DNA of 63,966 nucleotides, the filler included, from Reticulomyxa filosa (taxonomy: Eukaryota > Protista > Foraminifera), in the NCBI GenBank assembly GCA_000512085.1. It is 25 parts of 25 records of this genome, joined end to end, with 100 filler letters (N's around TTAATTAATTAA, not from the genome) between each part and the next. Parts side by side here need not be neighbours in the genome. Positions count along the whole stretch, not along the records: positions 37,436 to 40,774 come from ASPP01021650.1; positions 40,875 to 41,885 come from ASPP01001006.1; positions 41,986 to 43,276 come from ASPP01021053.1; positions 43,377 to 46,660 come from ASPP01006700.1; positions 46,761 to 49,201 come from ASPP01016641.1; positions 49,302 to 52,404 come from ASPP01013375.1; 19 more parts are not named here. The stretch is one strand, 5' to 3'. Positions 38,893-52,250 of the stretch are shown piece by piece. The notes under the pieces were generated by a model. The model had not been told where the DNA came from. It searched no databases and saw nothing but the letters and a program-made list of their open reading frames with translations. The position numbers and the translations under genes are program-made. Numbering within the stretch: the stretch's first letter is position 1; the number at the start of each line of letters is the position of its first letter.

Positions 38893-39733
38893 AAATAAAA
38901 ATTAAAAAAAACAATTTTCAATTGTAAAAGTTAAATTTTTAAAAAATTCAAAAAGTTCAAGTTTTAAATTTTTCAAAAACTACGAAAGACACAATGCTAA
39001 TTTTTTTAAGTATCTGTGCGACTTGAAGATTCCTAAAAAGAAACAAAAAGTTTAAAGGCTGTATGATAACAATATATGTGCGATTTATATTTATTACTGC
39101 AAAATTTTCAAAAATCATATGAAAGAATGGTGTTTTAAGCTTGTAGGGCTATGACAAAGTTAGGGAAACACTGAACCCCTTTTTTCTCAAACTTACTTAT
39201 ACTCTTTCGTCATTTTCTCTTTGTCGTTATTGTTTTGTCATTTACATTACCTTTGATTCAACAATTTGTCTTTTGTTGAAAAATTTGCTCAAGATAGTAA
39301 GTAGTCTTTTGTACTGCACTTTCGCAACTCTTGGGTCTCACTATGCAAAAATATTGTTTTTCTAAACACAAAATTATGACCGCCAAAGCTTGAAATCAAT
39401 TTTTATTTGAAATTCAAAAAAATAACCTAAGAAAAACAAGTATTTCAAATATTCACTCAACGATGATAAGTCAGCTGCAATTAACCACAAAAAATCCTCC
39501 AAACATAGACCCGTATAAATATTTGCGGTCTATTTATAAAAATCGGTACTCAAACTTTTCTTTAGTACACGTCCTGGAGAGCCAAATACATTATTGGATT
39601 CTCAGACGCGTATATCACTAAAAAAAATTTAAAAGTGTTAATTTTTCATGAATAAAGTCGCAAATGTGTGTCCTTTTTTGGAGGTCTTTTTTTGTAGTTG
39701 CTTACACCTTTGCTAAACAAAATAACACCGATC

Positions 39734-40712
39734 ATGTCTTCACTTAGATCCAGTTTGTTGGTATTATTGTGGTGCTTTTATCAAGATATTTGTCTAACCG
39801 CAGATGAATCAAGCACTGGAGCGTTGCTGAAATTTCCATACGTGTCTTCGAACAGTCCTTTGTATGGGCAGCAGTGGAAAGTGGCACCAGCACAGTTTGG
39901 GTACCAAAACTACGGAGGGAGTGTGGAGGGATATTTGGTATTGCCAATGAACACGACGTTCCATACCGAGTGTACTCAAGAGCCGTTGGACCTGAATCCT
40001 TATATTCACTGGCTGAAAGATTGGACAGGGGACAGTTCCAAGGTCTTTTATATTTTTTTGGTCGATCGAGGAAGTTGTTATTTCGTGGACAAAGTGGAAA
40101 ATACCCAAGCATTGTACGCAATTGCAACAATTATTTTGGACAGTTCGGTTGAGAGTCTAATCACCATGTGGCCACCTGAAAATTGGAAAGATGATATTAC
40201 GATCCCTTCCGTTTTATTAGGTTTTTTTATTTTGTATTTTTTTTTTTTTTTAAAAAAAAAAAAAAGGAGGAAGGAAAGGGTTTGAAATAACGCACAAGTG
40301 GTTCAAAACATTTTTTTTTTTTTTTTTTTTAAAAATGAAAAAGGATATACAAATGCTAGCTCACTAATGTCAGCACTGAATGTATCTCAATGGGATCCTG
40401 CAAACATAAGCAAGACCAAATATCCGGAACCCAGCATGATGAATTGGGTGGTGGCCAGGCTGGAATGGGGACTGCCCCATCCAGACAAACGTGTCGAATA
40501 TGAAGTGTGGACGAGCGGTATCGATCCTGGGACAGTTGAATTCAAAACCAATTGGAGAAACACCGCACTCAACCTCGAATACCAAAACTACACTTCGTTC
40601 ACTCCCCACATGTATATTCTCAATGGATCTCATTGGCGCTGCAACGATGGCACTTATCGCTGTGGAAAGCAGTGCACCAATTCGGGGAGATATTGTGCTG
40701 TTGATCCAGAAG
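39734..40712 (+). CDS. VSR: Vacuolar sorting receptor (plant BP-80/VSR-like), exons 39734-40220 and 40344-40712, partial
   Basis: Signal peptide and PA domain (AQFG, LVDRGSCYFVDKVENTQ, ITIPSVLL), then WGLPHPDKRVEYEVWTS, YTSFTPH and QCTNSGRYCAVDPE. Confidence 0.92.
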
Positions 40713-40874
40713 GTTTGATGCATTTGTATACGTACACATACATATACGTAATGTGTGTATGTGTGTGTGTGTGTNNNNNNNNNNNNNNNNNNNNNNNNNN
40801 NNNNNNNNNNNNNNNNNNTTAATTAATTAANNNNNNNNNNNNNNNNNNNNNNNNNNNNNNNNNNNNNNNNNNNN

Positions 40875-41885
40875 TATTTGTAATTCTTTATTATGTTTGA
40901 AATCCCAAAAACGAATGGCGTCACTTGATGAACAAATGACATTTTGATGATGATTATGATAATGATATGATGAAAATTTTACACAATACACAGAATCTGA
41001 ATGTCCATTGAATGATTGAATTTGTTTGCTTTTATCAACATCCCATACACGAACTGTTTTGTCATGTGATCCAGAACAAATGAATTGACAATCATCAAAT
41101 GTTGAATAATCAATACCACGCACATAACTAGTGTGTCCAGTGAATGTTTTAAGTAATTTAGATGATGAACGAAATGTATCAAAATGAATTCCATGAGTCG
41201 GTGTCGATAAAGTGGATAAAAATTTATTTGTGTCAAATGATTGTATTTTTTCTTCAGTTTCATTTTGATCATTGAATTTCTTAAGTACAATTTGATCAAC
41301 TTGCGTTAATTTTGAATTTTTTTGTTTTGGTTGGTTGATGAATTTTTTATAATGAATTGACAATTGTTCTTCTTTATGAAGATCTTGTTTGATAATTTCG
41401 ACATCTTTTTGTGTTTGTTGAATTAACTTGTCTTTATCAGCAATCTGTGTATCTTTCAAGTGAACGTCTTGTTTCAATTTATTAATTTCGGTATTTCTGA
41501 TTTGTATTTGTTTTTCAATTTCAGTGCCAGCAATATCACTTTTATTTGTATTAAGCCTTAGTTTATCATTTTCAAATTTCAATTGATTTAATTCATTCTT
41601 TATATATAATGTGTACACGTGTATTAATATTATAATAATAAAGAATAAAATAAAATAAAGAACAAACTTGATATCTATTATTCAATAATTCAAAATCTGC
41701 TCGATATTTGAAAGTTTCTTGTTCGAAATGATTTTGCAATTTTTTCATTTCTTTTTCTTTTTCATCCCATTGCTTCTCCTCTTTCGAGAGACTTTCAATT
41801 TGGAAATTCAATAATTCGATATTATTTTCTTGTTCTTTAAGTTTTAATTTTAATTTTTGTGTTTCTTCAATTAGATTATTTTCAT
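40875..41885 (-). CDS. Coiled-coil plus WD40-repeat protein (partial, intron 41598-41667)
   Basis: KTFTGHTSYVRGIDYS...ICSGSHDKTVRVWD and FNGHSDSVYCVKFS...IRFWD, with an upstream heptad region. Confidence 0.93.
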
Positions 41886-42039
41886 NNNNNNNNNNNNNNN
41901 NNNNNNNNNNNNNNNNNNNNNNNNNNNNNTTAATTAATTAANNNNNNNNNNNNNNNNNNNNNNNNNNNNNNNNNNNNNNNNNNNNGAGGGAGGAACGTGT
42001 TGGTTTTAGGTGTCTATTTTTTTTTTTTTTTTTTGTTCT

Positions 42040-42260
42040 CAACTCTTGTGACAAATCTCATCCACCAAGTGCTGATAAGATTGAGAGGGGACATAAGGCG
42101 CATTGACAGACAACAGACGAGCACATTTTCGAACTGCTCTGTCCAAATCCGACTCCAATGGACTGTTTTTATCATAGTTTTCAGTACAGAGACGTTTCTT
42201 CGACATTTTGCTTTTTTTAACTCACCAAAAACTTTGAACAAGCGGCCGAAGTTGAGTCTC
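42040..42260 (-). CDS. Hypothetical exon, probably frameshifted in an A-run
   Basis: RLNFGRLFKVFGELKK joins SKMSKKRLCTENYDKNSPLESDLDRAVRKCARLL if one A is added at about 42213-42219. Confidence 0.3.
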
Positions 42261-43397
42261 TAACATTATTGGATAAGCACAATGATATTTGTTATGAGCG
42301 CAATGGGTCCACACATATACAACAAAAACTTAATGCACTTTTGTTGTCCACCACCTAACAAAGAAATTTTTTTTATTTTGAAGCAAGCGCAAGAATTGTA
42401 CGTCTAACATTGTGATATCGTTTGCATTTGGAAAATTTTGTACAAGTGAAATTATTTGCGAAAGCCATTGGTTTTTTAAATTTAAATCAGAATTGAGCAT
42501 GTTCATAAAAACTACAGTTCCTTAGACGTTTTCGAGCTTTTCAAAAAAGGGGGGGGGACAGGATTGTGAACACATCTGCAACATAATAGAGAACAAATAT
42601 ATCACAAAACGATCAATAATCATAATATCAAAGCAAAATGAAAGTTAATTCCCTTTCCATTCTTGCCAACAGCACGTCTCTGCGTTCTCACCAAAAAAAA
42701 AGGAGAGAGAAAAACATGGAAAGCCAATCCAACAAAGAACAAAAAAAATTGGGATTGCAACAGAAGTTCGAAGTAGAAGAAAAAGGAGAAGAATCTGATT
42801 TGGTGTGTCAATTTTTGTTCACCTTATTTTAGTTTTGTCAATCAACAAGACACATCTCTTTTTTTTTTAAAAAAAAAAGGGAGGGGAAGGGAATGAAGGA
42901 AGAAGAAAAAAAAAAGAACCAAAAAAAAAAAAAAATGATCACAGATGGACGCCCTTCATATGAAGCATTTACGCAAAATCGATGCAATTGTCAATCAAAA
43001 TCAAAAATCGGTAGAACGACCCTCTATTTTTTTTTTTTTTTCTTTCTTACGTTAGTTTGTCAAAAGACCGAAGCAAGTGCAATAAGCTGAACGTCATACA
43101 ACAAAAAAAAATTGGAGTGACAGGACGAAATATGTTCGTACGCATGTTGGTGTGCGTTTGGAAAGAGAGAAAGGTTGTTTGTGGATATTCTGCAAAGGTA
43201 TTACCAAGACATAATTTGGGAAAGGAAGTTTGAATTTCGATATTTCAGGGTAAGAAATGAATTTTTTTTTTTTTTTNNNNNNNNNNNNNNNNNNNNNNNN
43301 NNNNNNNNNNNNNNNNNNNNTTAATTAATTAANNNNNNNNNNNNNNNNNNNNNNNNNNNNNNNNNNNNNNNNNNNNTTTTTTTTTTTTTTTTTTTCT

Positions 43398-46300
43398 TAC
43401 CTTTACAGATTCAGATCGTTCATTGTTTCCAAATAAGCTATTGAAGTAGTTGGTTGTTTTGGATTTGTTAATGTGATGAGGAGTGTTGATGAAATCTAAG
43501 ATACATTCCAATGGAGCAAAACACAATTGGATTGTAAGTGCTAATGAGTCACCTAAGCTTCGACTGAGTTGATGTAACTGCAAGACGATACGTTGTTTCA
43601 GCAGTTGAATACTCGAATGCAATGAAGACGCAAGCTCAATGTCAATTGGGGGAGAAACCATTTCAACGAAATAAGTCGTTACAAACTCTGCAAATAAATA
43701 AATGCATCGTTTCACACACAAGACGTAATCCTCTGAAGGCAAGAAGAACAGCAATCGCACCACAACATCTTTCCATTCACGTTCGATCACGTTCGAAATG
43801 TGCTCGATGGGATTGTGTTCTGTCTTGGGAGATGTACTCCATGCCACGGAATCGTATTTGGGGAGGACGTTTTGGACCAACCAAGATGTCACAATTTGCG
43901 AAATGCATTCACTGGCGCTGTTCCTCACACCACGCATCAATTCAAATAATGGAACGAAATTTACTTGTTTTCGAAGTTTTTCCTGTGTTACAGCTACGTA
44001 TGCGTATACGTATACATCCAGTCATTCAAATACAACAACAACAACAACAACAATCACTTATATGCATGTTCTCCTCTAGACCTTTGGCTAGAACAGTGAA
44101 GCGAGAAAAGAGAAGTAAGGAAAGACACCTTTGTAAAATGCCTTCAATAGGTTAGGAATAGATTGCTCACAAAATGCGACCGAGTTGAATATCATCGCCA
44201 AATAGAGCAAATACTCAAACAAGTGTTCGCGTTGTTTGTGTTGCTCTTCATTGGTAGCATTGGAGATGAGATGGTTTGCCTGGACGACTCGCGTTCGAAT
44301 GCGTTCACACGATACCCACATGCAATGTGTGGCTAAAGGACATGCGCCACTTCGATTGGCAATCCGCTTTTGAAATTCATTGTCGCCACATGCATCTCGA
44401 CAAGTGTGTTGCTGTCTGCCTATTGTATGTTCGTCATTGTCTGAACTTTTGTTAATTGGTGATGTCGTAGAGAGGGGGGTTGTCAACGATCCTCTTTCTG
44501 TTTCAGTTATGCTTTTCTCTGTCAATTTGTCATTACCATTGTCATTGTTATTGTTATTGTCATTGTCATTGTCATTGTCATTGTCATTGTCATCGTCTTC
44601 TTCTTCTTCTTCTTCTTCTTCTTCTTCTTCTTTCTTATTGCAATCTCCATCCGCGCTAACACAGGCCAATCGCAGTGGGTAATGATCAATGATATGCAAT
44701 AACATGGATGGAACAGCTTGATCAAACAAAAGCAAATCCTCGAAAGACTTCAAAGTGTCGACCATTTGGGTGGCCACGAGGATACCAAAATCGTACAAAA
44801 TACGCGTGCTATGTGTGACCACATCTGCGATTTCGCGGGGGTCGGAAAGTTTGACGGCGATTAAAAAGCCCTGGCGAATGGAACTCAGCATCTCTTCGCT
44901 GGATGGCAGCTTGCGCAGCACTATTTTGTGGTCCAAATTATCGTGCAATGCATGTGTTTGTCTAAAGTTTTCTAATGTTTCCGTTTTGATTTGGGCCAAA
45001 GCAAGTTCTGTTTTTTCCATTTCTTTGCGAATGTATTCGTGCAAATGTCGATTCAGTGCTGAAGTTAGCATGCCGTCGTAAGGCGGGATTTGGGATTCGA
45101 TTTCCTTTTCGTCTGTGAGACACAGTTGCTATCACACCAAGACATTGTCATCAAATCACTGTTCGATGATTGAAACACAGTTTAATAATAATAATAATAA
45201 TAATAATAAAAACAACAAAACTTCTCGTAAAAAAGTTGTCGCTCTTTCCACCAGCCACGATTCGAATTCTGCACATTGATTGCGACAATCCAACACCTGT
45301 TGATATGGTTCAGGAAAAGCTTCTAATTGCTCGTCTAATTGATTGCGCGCTATTTCGGTGTTTTTGATGTTTCGATACGTGCATAGTCGGAAGTCGTTCT
45401 TTTGGACGTATATACAAATGCCTTTGTTTTCAAAGATACCTAACTCATTGTACAAAAGCGCTTGGACAAATGAATTTCCACTTGCCAGACTCGTGGCAAC
45501 ATCAGTCCGAATTTTCGATTGAATAGTCCCAGCCTCTCTTTGTATCTTGCAAATCTTTTCTATGATGTTACATAACAAGCGTTTATGTGTACATTCATTA
45601 CAATATACGTCAAAAAAAAAAAAAAAAACTTGGACGTGTTCCGTGGATGCCAATTCTTCTCCAGGACGGAACAGTTCAAAGCCAGATCCACAGAATAAGC
45701 ATTCACCAAATGCATGAATGGCCTTCTCCTTCCCATTGTCCTTTTCTAGCAAAGCGCATCCGTCAATGATTTCATGTGTCATAGACTTGGTTATGTTATC
45801 AGGCACTTTCATCACGTCTAATAGATCTGCAATGATAATATCTCGCGCTTTTGCTATGCATTGCGTCAGCGTCTCGCTCATGTTTTGAACACTCGGAGGG
45901 TCTTTGTTTTGTTTTGTTTTGTTTTGTTTCACTTATGTGTTATGTTGCAACGTATATCATTCACTTCTTCCAATACAATTAAAAAAAAAACAAAACATGT
46001 TCCATTTTTTTTCCATTTGAGTAACATGATCTCCACGGCGTCGACAGACAAAGCAAAGTATTTCCATGGCGATTTGCACGCGACTTGTTGATCAATAAAT
46101 TCGATTTGCTCTTGCTGGTCGACGTTGAGCTCCTTCATCATCTCTGTGGTTGTCTCAATGACATCGCCAAGGTTTTTCTCGAGCAATCGTTTCAATAGGC
46201 TTACGTTCAAATGTATCAATTTTACAATTTGTTCCTCTTCATTCGTTTTCCAAATCATGTCATTGCCGTTGTCACTTTTGCTCTCTTCCATTGTCTTATT

Positions 46301-46560
46301 ATCATCATCATCATGTTCATCATCATGTTCATCAGTGCCATCGATGTCATTTGTCTACAAAACATTATTGTTATTATTATTATTATTATTATTGTTATTA
46401 TTATTATTATTATTATTGTTATTATCATTATTATTATTGGTTCCTTTGTTTTATCTTTTCTTTACTTTTCTTTACATTTCAAAACACAACGATAACGCAC
46501 ACCTTGTCCAAGCTACTGAGTCCGATCTTTTCAACTAAAAAGCTATTTCGCACTTTTCTA
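43398..46560 (-). CDS. Multi-exon helical-bundle protein, possibly an exocyst Sec6/EXOC3-like tethering subunit (partial)
   Basis: Long all-helical exons. KLPSSEEMLSSIRQGF, YLLYLAMIFNSVAFC and LPKYDSVAW...IEHISNVIE loosely recall Sec6. The family call is tentative. Confidence 0.45.
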
Positions 46561-47246
46561 TACATGTCCATCACTTACCCTATTTTGCTTCATAGCATTA
46601 CATGTTTTCCATTTTTTCTTTTTTTTTTTTTTTTTTTACCCTTTCCTCTCTCTCTCTTCTNNNNNNNNNNNNNNNNNNNNNNNNNNNNNNNNNNNNNNNN
46701 NNNNTTAATTAATTAANNNNNNNNNNNNNNNNNNNNNNNNNNNNNNNNNNNNNNNNNNNNTTACGATTGGAAAAACTGAAATTTTTTATTCAGACAAAAT
46801 TTAAAAACAAAAGGCCATTTTCTTATAGAGCGAATTTCAGCATAAACCTCCCGGAAGATATTTTTACGTCTTTTACATTATTCGAATGTCCTTTTTATAT
46901 TTTCCATATCTTTCATATTTAAATTTTATTAATTGAGACACATTCAATAATATAACACTATTTACATATACATATGCATATCTGTTAAACTTTTAATTCT
47001 TTTTCCAATTATATTTGATTATTTGACTTTTTTGTATTTGATGATTAATGTATAACAAAATAACTTTATTTACAAATGGAGTATGTGTTGCATTGTAAAA
47101 TAGATAATACATCATTTGTCAAATAGATTACGCGATAATTCTTTTCATGTTCAACTTTTTCATTGACCTTAAAAGGAAAAAAAGTTGAAACATTTTTTTT
47201 ATTGAATCATCTGAGATTAGACTTAAGAGAAAATAAATTGAAAGAA

Positions 47247-48078
47247 TGACCACTTTCATGAATGAAAAAGAAGCCTCAAGCCAATTAACTTTGGTAAAGT
47301 TTGTTGTTAAAACCTTTTAGAAAGTTTTTTTGTACACTATTATTTTTTAAAATCAGCCAGAAAAAGAAGAGATTGAATTAATTATACAACATTGATTCGG
47401 ATATTAAGTATTAAATTAGGATGAATTTATAATTTTGATAAAATTATTGCCAATTATGTTATGTTTTTTATTTGGAATTTAATATAAAATCATATAATCA
47501 AAATATTTGAAATATTTATTTAATATAGACAACTGCTATTTTATATTTGATATATTCGTTCATCAAAATTACTTAAACATTTTATGGACATACATATAAT
47601 ATTTGTTCTGGATCATTTAATAAAACTATTCGGATATGGGATATTGAAACAACTAAACAATTCATTATATTAAATGGACATAAATGTTCAATATAGTGTA
47701 AAATATTTAAAAAATGAAGCAAAAAATATAATATTATCTGGATCAAATGATAAAAGTGTTCATTTATGGGATATTTGATCTAACCAACAAATTCAAATAT
47801 TTAATGAGCATACGAAATATGTATATGCTGTTGAATATTCACCATTTGATTTTAATTCAAATGCAATATGTTCTGGATCTGATGATAATACGATTCGTTT
47901 TTGGGATATTTGATAAAATAAAAATGGACTGTATATTATCAAAGGAGATAAAAACAAAATATTCTTTTAAATTTTTCCGATTAAAAAAAATAGAAATAGA
48001 AACAACATCAATAACAATGGTTGATGTGTTAATTTGTGTTATGGTTCACAAAAAAGTTCCTATTTGGATTTGGGGATA
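47247..48078 (+). pseudogene. WD40-repeat pseudogene of the same expanded family as 40875-41885
   Basis: Remnants EKEEIELIIQH, NFDKIIANY, ICSGSFNKTIRIWDIETTKQ...LNGH, SGSDDNTIRFWD and IWIWG*, with many frameshifts. Confidence 0.85.
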
Positions 48079-48504
48079 GTAAGAAATAACACAAAAATAT
48101 TATTTTAAATCATAATTTAAAGTGATTCAAATTTGAAACAATAAGCAACAAGTACATTACATATTACAAAAAAAAAGGGAAAAAGTGTTGGAGTCATTAA
48201 CTGCGTATATTTTAAAAAACGTGAACCTGACAAACAAAAAATCTTGGAAAAACATTTTGCGGTCGAGTTTTGTGACAAAGACTAAGAATATAGAAAGGTT
48301 AAAGAAGTTGTTTTCTGAATGAAAAGGGTTCCCCGTTCCGAGTGAAACTTCTCCTGTAATTAGTAGGACATTTTCCTACAATTCATTTGTTGCAATTTTG
48401 TTTTTCAGCATAGTGAAAATTATATCGTATGAATCATAATTGACTCTAAAGTTGCACCAAACGATGTGCAATTGACAGCAAAAAAGATCCACAAAAACGA
48501 ACAT

Positions 48505-48795
48505 AAAAATGTTCATTAGTTTATTCATGAAAAGTCAATATTTGTAACATTTTTTAAAATAATACTGTGTCCCTTGATTACGAAAAACATAAAATAAAAC
48601 GTGTATGTTTTATCTTTTAATACCAGAACGAATCATTAAAATTTTCAAAAATGAAAAAAATATTAGCGATTTTTCATGATTTTATACTTTTATAAAAATA
48701 AAATACATTTTTGAGTTCTCCAGGATCCGTAGATATCATTTAAAAAAAGAATTGAAAAAGTACTAATTTTCATGAATAAGCTTACAAATGTTTGT
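48505..48795. mobile_element. MITE-like element with imperfect terminal inverted repeats
   Basis: Left TTATTCATGAAAA.. and right ..TTTTCATGAATAA. The right arm matches 39595-39670. Confidence 0.5.
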
Positions 48796-49427
48796 AGGGG
48801 ATATAGTGTTTTTTGCTATAGATTTGGTCTTAGTGTATGTTGTGTCATTCACAGGTTAGTCACGTTACACTTTGAACTTATTGTATTTAATTTTTTTTAA
48901 GTTTGCCGAAATTAAACTGTATTCGGTCTTTATCCTGTTAGTATTTGATTACATTTGTATGCATGACTAACATGTTGTTTTTTTGTTTTAATGTTAGGAA
49001 TGCAAACTTGGCTGCAGTGAGTGCTTGTTTGCACGTTGCTTCTTTAAAAAAAGAAATGAATAAGACCTTTTCAAAATTTTGTACGTTTCATGACATTATT
49101 TTTTCTACAATATCACATATGTATATACTCACTTCGTTTCAGAGGGACCGAGAGATTAAAAAAGAAACCCCCTTTTTTTGAGGTATATATAATAACAAAT
49201 ANNNNNNNNNNNNNNNNNNNNNNNNNNNNNNNNNNNNNNNNNNNNTTAATTAATTAANNNNNNNNNNNNNNNNNNNNNNNNNNNNNNNNNNNNNNNNNNN
49301 NTTTTTTTTTTTATCAATATATATATATGTATACATATATGCCATATACATATATGAATTTATAAATCTGAAAAACATATTTCACAAAATATTACATTAA
49401 AAAAACAAACAAACAAACAATAACAAA

Positions 49428-49629
49428 CTCCTATTGGGTTTGCAATTTCCACACTACTCAAGTCATTGGAAATCGACCAATGAATTGCACGTTTGCACGG
49501 ATCACTTGGTCTTATGCGTAAGTACACTTCCACTGATGATCTCGTTCCCACTACTTCATCACTGCTGTCCTCAATGGGACCATTTTTACAAAGCGACAAT
49601 GATGACGGACACCATGTCTGCGTTGTCAT
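49428..49629 (-). CDS. Kinesin motor protein, first exon (partial)
   Basis: SSVEVYLRIRP is the kinesin beta-1 RxRP motif, followed by a GT donor. Confidence 0.7.
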
Positions 49630-50089
49630 CCTTTGCTTTTCGATAATAAGATACGTAAAAAAATGAACAATGCACCCTTTTTAAACAACAAACTGCAACT
49701 GAAAAAGTTTCGTGTTTTTCGTAATGACTTTGCTCAATGCATTTACTGATAGCGACCTTTTAGTTTTAAATAAGCTATTGTAATAATCATTATCCATACA
49801 TTCACTCCAAAATCATTGAATGTTACTGATGACAGTATGTTAACAATTATGATTTGTTGTTTACGTTATAGGAACAGTTGTTGCACTAAGCGTAGTACGA
49901 AAGGGACGTAGTTCCGAAAGTAAATCTCAATAAAAAGAAAGTAAATTAATAAGAGTAATAACAACGAAATAAAGAAAAGAACATAAGACAATAGAAAGTA
50001 AGTTGTGTTTATGAAGAAAGTTTAGCCCACAGGGGGCTCCAGTTCCTTAGAACTTTAGTCTTCATAATAGTAACTTACCGTACAATATT

Positions 50090-50404
50090 GTGAATACTAT
50101 ATTCGTTTGAAAAAAATGATAAAATTAATAAATTTTAACTAAATCTTCTGACTTAATCATGTAGACAACATTTTACGAATAATAAAAATTAAATTATACA
50201 AAATAAAAAAAATTCAAACAATAGCTATTTAAAAATTAATATCCAGCTATATATAGCACTAGCTGGGTGAATGCAAGAATATATTAAGTGTATGTATCAA
50301 TACGTATGAAGCAAAAATTCCACATATTATGACAGGCAAGATATACAAGTCAAATATTAAAAAAGCTATTTTTTTTAGTGTACTGTTTTTTTTGCAAAAT
50401 ACTG
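50090..50404 (+). mobile_element. Second decayed Tc1-like copy: transposase remnant plus right TIR and TA
   Basis: 50115-50220 aligns with 38650-38760. The end gtactgtttttttgcaaaatactg|TA matches 38470-38498. Confidence 0.7.
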
Positions 50405-51145
50405 TAATATAAGAAAAAACTATTATTCAAAAATTAATAATCTTATTCCGAATATCAAGGAAAATGAATTCAATTTAAAAAACTTAGTGAAAAATTCTTA
50501 CAACGAGTAACTTTGTATAGTTTTTTAAAATTTAACAACGCAACATAAATCAAGTAACAGTCGTATATTCTAAACAAAAAAATGTTTCCTAATGAAAAAA
50601 ACAGACCACATCAAGATATTGATTTGATATAATCGAAATGATTGATAATACATTGAATATGCATCAATACTCTCTAGGAGTAACAGAGCATGCTCTCCGA
50701 CCAAAATCAATTTGATTTCTTTAAATTGTTAATATCGAATTTTTTCTGAGAATATTTTCATTTGAAAACAACCGATTTTTTTTGTATTTAACAAAAAAGA
50801 GGGTAAGTCCAATTAAATAAAAATTTCCTTTGAACATACAAAAAAAAAAAGGCCAACCATCAACCACACAAAGCCCAACCAAAACATATTTTAAAAAGAA
50901 AGGACAACGAAATTGACTCCGTCTCTCCTTCTCAAAACAAACACTCTTTCTCTGTTCATTTGTCTTTTCTTCTTCGACACTGAACCCTCTCCCACACAAC
51001 GTTACATGGTGTGAGTGTTTGTGTGATTTTTCCGTGCTTCCCTCTTATTTTAGTCACTTCCTTTCATCTATTTTTTTTGGATGTTTAACAATTATTTAAA
51101 AAAACAATCACAGAAATGACAAAATATCTTAACAAATAAGAATTA

Positions 51146-52250
51146 TTATTCTGTTGTACTGGACATAAATTTTGTAATATCTACTTTGACAAAATCCAGT
51201 GATGACACCTATTCATATTTTGATCCATCCAAAACAGTTTTTTTGTGATTTAATACTTGATTCAAAAAATATTAAAAGATATCTTAACTTCAAAATAACG
51301 TTTGCTTGAATATTTTTTGCGAACAGCTTTATGTTTGCATACTTTACTGTCTGTTTTCACAATCGCATCAATGGATTCTATCAATGGTAATAAATCCTTC
51401 ATATTATATCGAGTTTCCTCTTCCAGGAATTTAGGCTGTCCCCGTTATTTTTAAAAAAATCTTTTAAATGAGCTTCAAACAAGAGCACTTTATATCTCAA
51501 AAGCAACAAAGCAAAAAAGCGTGTCTTGCAAAAAAACATACCCAAGAAGTGTAAGAATTGGTCGCCAACAGCGAATAGGCTAAGCATGCTGCTGCCAATT
51601 TGCTGGGTAAGCTCCGGGCTAACTCGTACTTCATTAGGCCATGTTCTAACAAATAAAAAACTAAGCAACGAATGATCTTTTGATTTTGTGCCAACCCTAC
51701 GCCACAATTTCCAATTTTTAAAAATCTTTCAGCAAACGCCAAGGGTGTTGGTAGGGTCAATTGGAATTTCAATTGGTCTACTATTGCTGATTCTTGTTTG
51801 ACCAATTCTTCTTTGGCAAAAGCATCATCGCTGTATACAATACATTTATACATACACTTGTTTTTCTAAACACATTATTTGCTTTTCCCTACTCTAAAAA
51901 TTTTTTGTTTGTTTGTTTTTTTTTAAGATTTGTACTCTTTTCTTTTTTCCTGTAACACCTGACGAAAACAAAGTCGCGAATTTCAGGGGCATAAATTTCA
52001 TGGTATTTCGAGGCAAGCCATAAACAGGCGCAGCCCACCAACTGCAATTTGCTTTTTGGCACTTGCACCTCGCTCAAATAACGGTCCAACAAGTTTGTAC
52101 ACAAATACAAAGTTGGGGGAAGCAGCTTAAATTTTCGGTGAACGTCAATCAACCAATCCAACAAAATCACACGCATACGAGTGTTCACCTCTTTTTGCCA
52201 ACTCATGTAATCAAGATGTTTGCCACTTATATACTCGGCCTCGGTTTCTC
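51146..52250 (-). CDS. Mitotic A/B-type cyclin (4 visible exons, 5'-partial)
   Basis: Cyclin box MRVILLDWLIDVH..KLQLVGCACLWLASKYHEIYAP, then PTPLAFAERF, PSKLAAAC and AVRKKYSSKRYFEVS. Stop at 51146-51148. Confidence 0.95.

Noticed and set aside
49880-50060. GC-richer motifs resembling a ribozyme or an LTR primer-binding site
   Set aside because: No hammerhead core and no LTR or second copy visible.
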